A stretch of DNA of 54,431 nt, counting the filler, from Sluysia triapertura (taxonomy: Eukaryota), in assembly GCA_046118255.1 (NCBI GenBank). It is 3 parts of 3 records of this genome, joined end to end, with 100 filler letters (N's around TTAATTAATTAA, not from the genome) between each part and the next. Parts side by side here need not be neighbours in the genome. Positions count along the whole stretch, not along the records: positions 1 to 16,397 come from JBJNIA010205037.1; 2 more parts are not named here. One strand, given 5' to 3'. The notes below the pieces were generated by a model. It saw only the letters and a list, made by a program, of their open reading frames with translations. It searched no databases and had not been told where the DNA came from. Numbering within the stretch: position 1 is the first letter of the stretch; each line of letters starts with the position of its first letter. Below, one piece after another: positions 1-12,282 of the stretch. Made by a program: the position numbers and the translations under genes.

Positions 1-171
1 TTTTTTAACTCATAATCTTAAATCATTCAAACGAATAGACTTGAGTCAGTTCTTCATCCAACCTAACATTCTTCAGTACCCCCGGCCATCCCATAATAAG
101 ACGCCCTCAGCCATTTTTCTAAATATCTATTATTATTATAAATTACAGACCAAAACAAAACTATCCCCCAT

Positions 172-223
172 AGAGAGGTCCCGGATTCGATCACCGGTCA
201 GTCCATTTGACGAAGTTTAACAC
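172..223 (+). repeat. 3' half of a dispersed tRNA-like repeat
   Basis: GAGAGGTCCCGGATTCGATCACCGGTCAGTCCATTTGACGAAGTTTAACA: B-box plus the 3' tail shared with four other copies in the window. Confidence 0.7.
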
Positions 224-1529
224 AAAGAGAAGATATAAAGACAATATTTTAAAATTTAAAGCAATTACAGAGTAATCTTGCATTGTTGTCGATCGGTAGA
301 TGCTCTCAAATTATTAAAAACTTCCGCAAATCAAATTAACTGACACTACCAAAATCAAAATGGCTATTTTCATTATACTAATCATCAGCCAATATGAATC
401 GAGGGAATACTCTAGAACATTCTAGAAGCTTCTATTCTATTTTTGGAACATAAGATTTTTTTAGAATAACAGTTCTTGAACCTGAATTTCTTCTCTGTTT
501 TTGAAAATTCCTCAATTTTCCTAACACATTCAGAAAAATTTGGTTCCGATGTATTTTCTCATGTCAAAAGTTCAAAATGTTCATTAAATTTGACTTGCAC
601 TTTGTACAGTGAAAATTCTCTTTCACACAACTGTTGCTAATATACTCAGCAATTCTCTAGCAAACTTACTTTTTGAAATTGATTTTCGCATGGGAAAAAA
701 TTGAAGCTTCTTAATATTTCTTTTACTTGGTTAAATAAATCTACAGATATCCAAGGATATTCATTTCATCAAAACATTTTCAGTTTATTTTTATCGTCAT
801 TTTTTTACATAAATGTTCGTTCAATTCTTTTTAAATTTTAAAATCAATCATTATTTTTTTGTCTATATTAGTAAGCTCTGAATAAGAAGACTTCAAATTC
901 GAACTCTTAAAAATAAACATTTTCTTCGACCAATTATTTACGTAAAAGTTCAAAGATTGTTACAAAACTTTTGAAAAACTTTTCAGTAGAAAAATAAAGT
1001 CCATTTAACATTCAAGAAAAATTGTAAAATAAAAAGCATATTGATTATTTTTCTACATATTCGACAAATGTACGTCAAATTTATTTTCATTAACATTTCT
1101 TTTCTTTATTGATAGTCTTTATACTAACCTCAGTAACCATTTGAGTATGAAGAAGGTAATAAAGTGACTCATTTTCAAATTCTAATTACTAATAACTGAA
1201 ATGAGATACGACAATAACGAGAAATATGCTAATATTGTTATGATAAATAATCCCAAATCATAAATAGAATAATAACCATCTGAAATGTTTATTCAAATAA
1301 AAATAGAGACCAAACAATAATAATAAATAATTTCAAAAATTCAAATATTACGTACTTCAACAACAATACAATAAGAGTAGTCACAATTGTTGTCATTGAA
1401 TTGGTTTAATAGATATTGATGTTACATGCGCACACTTTACCAATCCTCTAATTGTATTATTAATAATATAAGAAATAAATGTGTGTTTGAAATTGCACAA
1501 TACAATAATAATTAAGTGATAATCATAAT

Positions 1530-1945
1530 CAGGGTCGGATCTAGAGTTTTGGCGCCCTTTCATAAAAAATATACAAATTTATTGCGAATTAAAATAATAT
1601 TTAAAAAAGGCAAAAAATCAAAATTACACAATAAAGAAATGTGCAAGCAATACAACACATGGAATAACATAACGAGTGCACTTGAAGTTTGAGCGACGAA
1701 GGAGCGAGACATACAAGATTTTTTTGTAGTGCTATTTGTCAAAAATTCAATAACATAGTTAATTAAATTAATTTTTTTGAAAATCAGTTTGTAAACTGAT
1801 TAGCCCGTTGTGACATTTATTTCGTATTATGAAAGAAAAAAATTTATTGCTTGCTAAAAAAATCGATGTGTCATGAAAAATGATCGATTTTAATTAATAA
1901 AATCTAAAAGAATATTTTTTATATCGGTGCAGTCGCTCGCACTTT
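1530..1945. mobile_element. possible Harbinger/Tourist-type MITE remnant
   Basis: Begins CAGGGTCGGATCTAGAGTTTTGGCGCCC, with internal GAGCGACGAAGGAGCG and distal GGTGCAGTCGCTCGC. These GC-rich motifs are typical of such MITEs, but the second TIR is not recognisable. Confidence 0.25.
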
Positions 1946-1988
1946 TAAAATATTTATTTGGTAACTAAAAAAATAATTGAAAGTTTAG

Positions 1989-2252
1989 AAAGGTACAAAG
2001 TCTGAAATCGAACTTGGACGAACATTTTCTACAATCATGGCAGATATTGATTTCAGACAACAATTATACAGAACTGGTACCGAAGAAGAATTCAGAAAAG
2101 TTTTGTATATGCAAGCAAAATTGTTACAAGAAAGTCAAAGGCAGCAACAAAGTTGGAAAAGAAGTATTCGAGTTCAAGAATTAATGGATCAAGCATTTAA
2201 CAAGAACAATAATGACGAAATGGAATGTTGTCAAAACTGTGGAATAATACAA
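1989..2252 (+). CDS. SLC4A11: SLC4A11-like exon (end of cytoplasmic N-terminal domain)
   Basis: tttag|AAA...CAA|gttagt; KGTKSEIELGRTFSTIMADIDFRQQLYRTGTEEEFRKVL resembles SLC4A11 [35 protein letters not shown]. Confidence 0.88.
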
Positions 2253-5200
2253 GTTAGTTTTTAATATTAGAACAAATTCAAAGATGTCAAATAATTTTTT
2301 CATTCACATAATTCAAACATTTCATCCAATCAGATAAAAGTAAGCACAATATTCGTGATTATCCAAAATATAAACGAGAGCCAAATTAATTACATTTGTT
2401 ATAATATTTCTAGCTTTATAAAATTCGCAAATAATTACACTTGGAAGAAGAAATAATTACAGCAAAAAAAGAATTCGTGTTTGCATTAGCAGTAGTAAAA
2501 CAATAAATAATAAAAATTTAATTATTTAAGTAAATAATTTAATTAAAAAGTAATTGGAACAAATAAAATTATCAAATTATATTGCATTCTATAAATAGAA
2601 TATCATTAATATTTTTTTGTTCTCTTCTTTTTGTTGTATATTTAAGCTAAACTAAACAAATCTTTGTTTAAACAAACATTTTGTTTATTTATAATTCTAA
2701 GTAAATAATATTGTTTGTTTGTATTAGAAAAGTATTATGTTTATTATGAGGTTTCACTTTTATTTTCAGAAGTGTCGATGTTTCATATGTAAAGGTCTGG
2801 TTGACGATGTTAAACGGCGTTTGTCTTATTACAAAAGTGATTTTGTTGACGGTTATTATTATTGTTTCTATTGTTATTGTTATTCTTGTTTCTTTTGTTA
2901 TAGTTTTTTTTTATTGTTATTATTATAGTTATTATTGTTATTGTTTCTATTGTTATTGTTATTCTTGTTTCTTTTGTTAGTTATTTTTTATTGTTATTAT
3001 TCTTATAGTTATTATTGTTATGGTTGTTTCTATTGTTATTGTTATTTTTTATTGTTATTACTCTTATAGTTATTATTATTGTTGTTTCTATTGTTATTGT
3101 TTTTATTGTTACAGTTATTGTTTTATTATTATTATTTTCATTGTTATTATTCTAGTTATTGTTGTTATTGTTATAGATATTGTTTTATCGTTATTATTAA
3201 ACTTCAATAAATGGACAAACCGAGAATCGAACACAGTCCCTCTCGCTTCACAGCTGTGCAGTTCCATGCTCTGACTACCGAAATATCAGCCTCGTCCAAC
3301 AATTTTATTTTATTATAGTCAATTATATTATTATTATTCTATGGCACTTTTGGCCTGTACCCCAACATTGTTATTATAGTAGCACTATGTTTAATGAACA
3401 TGGTGGATACGAGCAGTTTAGTCGACCATAAGAACAGATAATAATAATAATAATATAATAATTATAAAAATAGTATATCTTATTACAAAATAACAAAATT
3501 TTAACCCACATCATAATTAACAACATTCCCTTTTTAAATCACAAAATCCTTAAACATTTCACAGCTCTTCTTACATTTTATATCACACAACCTTGGTAAT
3601 CAAGTATGTTAAATTTCAAATCATTTAACAATAACATTCCACTAACCAAATTCGCTCTACAAACCGTCTAGACGACAATAAGTTGTATTTCCAAAAACTG
3701 AAACAAGGTACAACTCAAGACATTCAGTAGAATCAATTCAAATATTTGTATATTTATGCGAGATTGCGTGAAAATTATAGTACAGTTATTCAACAAAGAA
3801 ATAAGTACTCAGAGATTAAAAAATGTAAAAGAGTGAAGAATAATTTAAGTATCTTTCAACTTGTAAAACATTCGTATTCATCCAAATTCGTATTCATGAT
3901 AATCACATTCAAATATCACTAGACAATTTTCCACACTCTCGTGCTTTATGTCAGATTTAAATATCAATATACTTTATTTCTATGATTTTTCTTAATTTAA
4001 GCAAAATATTAAAATGGGTTCATCTATGCTCTACGATTTATACCTAATACGAGACGTATGAATAGATAGACCAAAACCTTTTTAAAATTATTTAAAAAAA
4101 TATTTCTTTAAAGAAATATTTCTAGCTTAATTCAAAATGATTAAAATTACCAAAACCGAATTAAATTCATTAATAAAAATAATTATTATTACAATAAAAT
4201 AATTTATTTTATAAATAAATAAATTATTTTAATATAAATTTTATGATTAGTTAGTATCGTGAAAAATTAAAAGTTTACGTAAATTTGTTCTATCCTAAAG
4301 TAGAATAACCTTACCAATAATGAACTTGCAAATACAAAAAGATGGGGTATTGTTTCCACAATATAATGATAATTGCCAAATCGTATGGTAAGATGATTAT
4401 CTTTCATATTTGTTGTGTGTCTTGTGTTAAATTTACTCCTCTTTATATATTACTTTGTTAAGTACTAATTGTTTGCAAAAATAAATAATAAATTTAATTA
4501 AATGCATTCCCTATTTGTTTAATTGAATTTTGCTTGTTTTGTAATTTACTTAATTGGAATTGTTTTATTCTGAAATTTTTTAATTGTTTATTATTTATTT
4601 TAAAATTATCTTAATTAGTGATTATTTGTGATTAAAGTTTTAATTAATTTTATAATTGCACAAATACTAAACCATCTTTTACATAATAATATTCTTACAT
4701 TATTACGTGTTAGATTTAAAGTTGGAAAATGTTAAACTGTAAAAGAATTAATAAGACTTTAATTGACCAATAAAAATTGAATAAAATTTTGGCAAAAGTA
4801 CAAAGTTTGCGAAAAATTTGAGTGTCAAATAACAATAACAGCCATTAGCAAATGATGTTTTCCTGACAGCATCTGATCATTGGATTAAACCTTAATAATG
4901 TTACAGGGTTTCCGCCTTATTTCAATTTTGTTATAATTATTAAATTTTATTAATCCTTGTTTCTGTTTTATACCACAATATAATACTAATTAATATTTTT
5001 ACATCTACTTATCATTCAGCTGTAATAAATAATTCTAGAAATATCACGACCACCATATTTAATCACCATATATATAGTTACTTCAATGTTCCGATTTCTC
5101 AAATAATAATAATAATTTAATTATGATAATAATTATTAATAATGATAATAATAATTATTATTCAGGATTTACAGGACAAAACACACTCCGCAAAGTCATT

Positions 5201-8200
5201 TCGACAACTAGTTTTCTGTACTTTTCTTGTCTATTACCCTCTATTGCATTCGGGGTTCTGAATGGGAATAATACTAACAATAAAATCGGTTTGTTAAATA
5301 AATAAATATTATTGTTAAATCTGATTATTAATTTTATTAACACATTGCGAGCGAGGTGTTATCATTTGCAAAGGATTTATTTTAAAATAGAAGCGCCAAA
5401 AACTTGATTGGAAGAAAGGTAGACATATTTTCAATAGATTTCCAATTGCCAATTGGATTTAAATTACGTATGATTGGTATCCAAAGATGAAATGTGCAAA
5501 ATTAAGTTGACACTGTTAATAAATTATGGAGATGTTTAATTTTTCATCCTAACATATTAACGTACAAATTGTGGAGCTTGCAAACCTTTTATGGCCACAA
5601 ACATAAATATACAAGTGTAAAAACTCGAAAAAGGGCTACAAATAAATTGTTTTTACAAAAATTCTACTATATTTATTAATTTGTTATGTTTATTTCCCCA
5701 ATTAATAATTTATTGATAGTACTACTTGACTCTACAAAACTACACTACTTACTAATGAGAGAGATATTGTAGATAAACTCAGTTAGAGTCAAATTGTCAA
5801 CATAACCTCGTTATCTGCCGAAACGAAATAGAATCTAAGTAATCGTCAGAATTTGAATAACCAGGATTCTTGATTTGTGTTTTTGCTTAAACGTGTGTGC
5901 AAATAAGAAAAAGGACATATCGAGTCCTGTTGCATTCCCACTGCCAACTACACGAGTATACTCGTGTTTGATTTTTATGCATGTAAATGATGATTATTTA
6001 TGACAAAATGTGTGTGTATTTATCTTGAAATAATAAAACTTAGATAAACAATAACACTCAAAACAGAACTGGCAAAACAGGATTGGCAGCGAATGTGTTA
6101 AATATTGTCTAAATTGGCTAAGTTTGACATTATACGAGATTATGTTTGCATTAATGTCTAAAATGAAGGAACTGTTTCTAAGCAACATATCATTTAGTTA
6201 AACTTGATTTATGAAAAGTGTTGGAAATTGAAAAATACTTATTGATATTATTAAAATTATTAGTTAAATTATGATTCTGTATTAACACATTTCATTGACA
6301 TAAACATTCATTGCAATTGTGTTTCCTTTACCGTTATTTCGTTCTACAAATTAACCTGTATCTGGGACTACCAGCACTCTAATAAAATCAATGGACACCA
6401 CAAACGGTTAAGGTCACAATCACATTCCACATTGTTCTTGCAAATTAAATATATGTAGCGTTTTCTAGAAATTACAAGAGATTACTTTGTTGAAAATAAT
6501 TTCATAATTATATAATTATATATATTATTAAATTAATTTATTGCAGAAGTTAAAAGAGTTATTTTATCACAATTTATTGCTGGAATTGTCTTTGCATTGA
6601 TTGGTGGACAACCGCTTATTGTCATGCTAACCACAGCTCCACTGGCTCTTTATACTAAAAGTATTATTATTATTATTATCATTTTAATTATATTATTATT
6701 ATTATTATCATCGAAATTATATTACAGTCATAATTACCGTTATTATAATCATTATTCATATTTATTGTTATTATAATCATTATTTAGTATTGCATGAAGT
6801 GAGTAAAGAGTTCAAGCTAGATTTCTTCGCAGTGTTTGCGTGGACCGGCATCTTCAATGCTTTATTCTTAATCATATATTCCGTGCTCGATCTCAGCAAA
6901 ATAATGAAATATTCGACAAGGTTTGTAATTATCAAATATTGTTTTGATCAAATCAAATAAAAATATCGTCGTTTCGACAAATCTTTACTAATATCCTTTC
7001 AGTCAAATAATTAATTTAATTTAATTTTAATTTAATTCATGTATCTTTACGAGACTTTCGGTAGCCATAAACTGTACAAATATTCGGTTTATATTATTTC
7101 ATATTATTTTCATTTTTACTTATATTTTAGAGGTAATTATTTCGATTAACACGGTTTTCCTAGGAAGCTATCTACTGTGTCTTAGATGCATAGATATAAT
7201 CGTGATAGAAATTAATATTGATATTGTTGGAGTTATAAAACATCTAGAACCACTAAATAAGTGCTTATACATCGTGCATTGTACACTTTAATATTCACAC
7301 AATTTATAATAGCATCCCTTTTAAATACAGACATTAATAATCGATACACAAATATTAAATAATTAATATCAATGCGGACGATCATATTAAAGATTAGACA
7401 TAAAGAGTATTCTTAAATCCCAATGTAATACCACAGAATTCAGCAGAATTAACATTCTTTAGTCTTAGAACATCTAACAAACTCAAAAAACACGACACAA
7501 CCATACACATCTATTTTAAATTAAATTATTATGTTTCATTTATGTAAGATCTTGTGGCTTAAAGTCAAGAAAATTAAAAAGAGATACAAAGAAAAGAAGT
7601 TTATGACATAAATACTCGTTAAAAAAAATAATTTCATTATGCAGATCACTGACACCTCAAATATTCTTATTTTATTCCATTTACGAATATGTGTAAATTT
7701 ATATAAGATTATTTACAATAGAGAAGAGAAAAAGCAGTTAGACTGTTTACAATAATAAAATAATAATGCGGCCTATAATTAAATGAATAATGCAGAATGA
7801 TGTAATAATTAATATTCTTAATGCTGTTAATTACTAAATGACGAAAAACGGTTTTGAAAACTTTAGTAAAACTTGATATATATAAACATGTATGTTATTG
7901 TATAAAATAATTATCGACCACAGAAAATATGGAAGATTTATATATACAATAAGTACTAATTTATTCGTGGGAATATTAGTAAAATTTAACATTTAGTGAA
8001 ACTGTTTCAGATGGATTTATCAAGAGTTTATTTCAAATTAATCAATTAACAATGATGATGAAAAAATGAAACATTATCAGAGTTAAAAGAAAACTACATT
8101 CACGAATTGCAGTAGTTGTGAATTCAGTAAATATTCTTTGTTAAAGATAAATCAGACGTCAAATCTAACATCATTAAAATACCAATTGAAATGATGTACT

Positions 8201-11200
8201 TCGAGATTTGAACGATTTTCACATTTATGTGACACAAAAACTCTATTATGACGTATTTATTCACTCAATGAGACTTAAATATTTAAGAAAAGAGTTGCCA
8301 GAATTAATTGATGAAGGGCATTTTGGAAGTTCTTTTCTGATCATGACCAATCCCTCTCATTTGAGGTTGGATTAAAATACAAGCACAATCTAATTTCGCA
8401 CATCGTCAATGAAAGCTGGCGATTTAATAGGCGATTCTCTATTCGGGATGAGAATACAACATGTAATACAAATGGTGAAATAATAATAATAATATAGAAA
8501 ACAAAATGAGTAATAACGAAGATTCACATAGTTTCGAATGTGGAATTAGAAATTGTCGATAGTACATCACTATCTATGAAGAAAGAAGCTATTGTCCAGT
8601 GTGGAATCATTGACAGCATTGATATTGCTGGACATCCCTATTTCTGTGAGCAACGAAATGAGTTCTATGATGAAACTCTGGATGAAATATTAGTTTATGC
8701 TTCAACAGAAAGATCGCATTTTGAAGATTGAGGTCGAAAGTCAAATTTGAATTTATATAAATTTTAGTTTTTATATGCACGTTTTAGTTATGTGAACCGT
8801 TTCCCCGTCATACCAAACACGAAATTCTTGGGTCCAGTTATTTTAAAAAGCTTAAAACATATTTATAAATGTGTAAATATTAATAAGACTAACTTTAGTA
8901 TTCGACTTGATGTCCAACTAAGTACATAATATAAAGTACATAATACATAATACATAAAGTGCATAATATATGCTGACCAATCCTACGCACAATTTCGATC
9001 TGTAATAATCTGTTAACTAGCCCACCCTCTGACTAGAAGAGTCAGTAAGACATTGGCAGTTTGTGGCTATCTACCTAATTATCATTTCCCGTGGCAAGAA
9101 AGAAAAACATTACTGCATAAATACGGGGTTGCATATCACAAAATACACGAAAAAGGCAGAAGATGAGAAAATTACGAGATATATCATTAAATACCTCCTT
9201 GTATATTCACATATTCTTAATCCTGAATAATATGTAATTCGAGGCGAGTCTACTAATGAGGAAGAGCTCAAAACATGAGGAAATGGTTGGATATTTAATA
9301 ATCTTGGAATATTAATTTACTTTAAATTCGATGTATGGAAACAATTATTCAAATGGTTCCAATAATTATTTAATAGATCGAAAAGCGTCGATGTGAATTT
9401 GAAATAATTTGATGAATATAACACTTAAAAAATTGAATAATGGGCATTACTTATAGACATTACATATTGAGGAAATCCCAGGTTCGAATAGACTTTGATA
9501 AGAATAAAGAAAATTAATTTATAAATACAGAATATTATCTGAATAACTAGCATCAATAATTATAAATAATATCAATATAATCAATGATATTATTATTATT
9601 ACTATTATTATTATTATTATTATTATTATGTTTCATTTAATTTCGACTCTTATTGTATTATGGTAATAAAATTTACAAATTAAAAATTATTCAATTTAAT
9701 TTTTAACATAAAATGAACTACTTATTACACTAAACAGATTAAAAGTTTCAAAATTTTAATTTATTTTATTGTCACAATATAATTTATATTTATTTATTAC
9801 GAATATTACAAATGTCTGTAATTTAATAGTTATTCAGATCTGAACGTCGTGCGATGATCAATTAATCACAATCCAGACGTTCAACTTCATAATAAGACAA
9901 TAGGTCTTTACCAGTCTAAATGTTTCAGTTTATCGATTTTTTGTAGCAAATTTAATTTTAACTTTTTTTTTTACTTATTTTTACTTAATGAATAACTCTA
10001 TGAATTAAACACAAAATGTACAAATAACTCAATGATCTGAGAACATGTTATTACAAAATGAAGTTGATTGATTAAAATTCGAGATTTTGTAAGTTGGGGT
10101 GTGGAAATAACAAAATTATGTGTAATGAATTGCGACACAACAATATTTTATTTTAAATTTATTTAAAAATTCTAATATAATAATATTAATAATTCACCTT
10201 GAATAAAACGCTAGATGCTTAAATCTTTTAATTTAATTTTTAACATGAATTAACTACTTATTATAGTAAACAGATTAAATGTTTCCCAATTTTAATTTAT
10301 TATAATTATTTAGATCAACAGAAGAAATATTTGCTTTGTTTGTTGCAATAGCATTCATTGTTGATGCTACAAAAGACGTAAATAAAGGTTATAAATATTG
10401 CTTAGCTTAAATGTTTATAAATTAAATGTTTATATTATTAAACATTTTTAAATTTACGATTATATATAGTAGTGGCCATATTATTAGACTAAAACAGGAA
10501 AATATGTTTCTCGATGATCACCTGTTAAGCTGCTGCCATGGCCTGGAAACTCGCCAGACATGAATCCCACAGAAAATCTGTGAGAGATTGTCAAAAGTAG
10601 AATTTCTACCCATAAGCCAACCATCAGGACAGAACTTATTAAAACCCTGATAAAAGTATGGCACCAAGATGACGAGATCAAAGACTTGTGCTCCAAGCTC
10701 ATCCGTGGGATGCGCCTTTAAGGATCAGAAAATTATTGGATAACAAAGTATACGGATACAACAGTTTGTACATATTTGATTTGTAGTAAATTGTGATATC
10801 ACATCCTACATGAATAAAATTTCTGTATGTTTCGGATCTCAGATTTTTAACTATTATTTTACTTTCACTAGAATTTTTTGGAGAAAGTAATTATTTTACA
10901 ACATTTTACATTTTCTGTGACAATGTTTTTATACACTTTGATTAATAGTTTCATGGCATCCTTGAAAATATATATATTTTCAATGGCCAATTATTTGAAC
11001 GAATATTGTTTTGATATTATGCATAAATAATGTATAATGAAGTCTAACAATAATAAAAATTAGATGCAAAAATTGTTTAGAAAAACAAGTTTCATTGGCT
11101 AAAAATTACAATTAAATTTGGAATTATGGAAGAGCATCTTTTTCTTATATTTCATGTGAATCACGATCACAATTAGGATACGGTTTGTAAATAAGTCGTA

Positions 11201-12249
11201 GTATCACGAGGAAACTAGATCGATTCCGGGACGACAAAGGATGAGTCATACAATAACTATTATTTATAATAGCACGAATAATCATCTGACTTGAAGTTCT
11301 TCAAATTCCCGATAATGTGTTGCAGTATTTTATTGTGTCATTTCGGGCATTCTTTGTGAAATTTCTTCTTATAAATATGATCCATTTTTTGTTCATATTC
11401 ACATCAAAAATTCGCAATATTTTCAATATTCCACAAATAATGTACATATCCTTCATTCGAAAAATAAACCTTATTTAAATTAAATAGTAAATGTACTTTC
11501 ATAAATTATAACTTATGCGAGTGTTTACTGCGAAAAGAATACTAATTGTATTTGCAAACTACGGAGAGGTCTGTTCGCCTAACAAGTGCGGTTTACATCT
11601 ATGGCTAGAAGACGCTTCTTAGGATTTCCTTATCTCAGCGGAAATTATATTAACACTATTATCTGTAAAAAGATATATTGTCTGTTACTCTTACTCTTAT
11701 GCACGAAAGCTATAAATTAAAGTAGCCTCTAAGATCTAGTTTATAAAATGTAATTTAAGTTAACTTTTAAGGTCTAACTGCAAGTACAACTGCAAGATTT
11801 TGACTTAAGACAAAAATTAAGTAACAACTAAACTTTATTGACTAACCAATTACTAAATAAATACTTCTTAAATGAATAACGTAGGGACAAAAACAATAAT
11901 AACATAAAAATTTAATACTATTTAAGACTTATATTAATTTTAAAAATAAATTAAAATAAAAATAAATTACTTTTTGATAGAATTTCGTATAACTATTTTC
12001 AGAAGATTATATTTTAATTTTGCCATATTAAAACTTCATTTGTTTTATAATAAATTTTCAATTGGTCAGCCATATTGAGAGAGAATTAGTGTACTAAAAC
12101 AATTTTCTATATAAAATAGTTAAATTTGACATCTTGATTTTATTTTAATATTTTGTTTTGTTGAAATCTTAATAGTTTAATATTTATTTTTATTTTTTAC
12201 TTTAAATACATTATTTGTAATATTTAAAAATAATTTATAATATAATTTA

Positions 12250-12282
<33 letters not shown>

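Noticed and set aside
3020-3274. Hydrophobic ORFs at 3020, 15196, 16045, 17521, 43140 and 43143
   Set aside because: Translations of (TAT/AAT/AGT)n microsatellites or N runs.
8040-8731. Coding-like stretch in an SLC4A11 intron including ORF 8540-8731
   Set aside because: Multiple stops, no recognisable motif, and not needed for the SLC4A11 frame.
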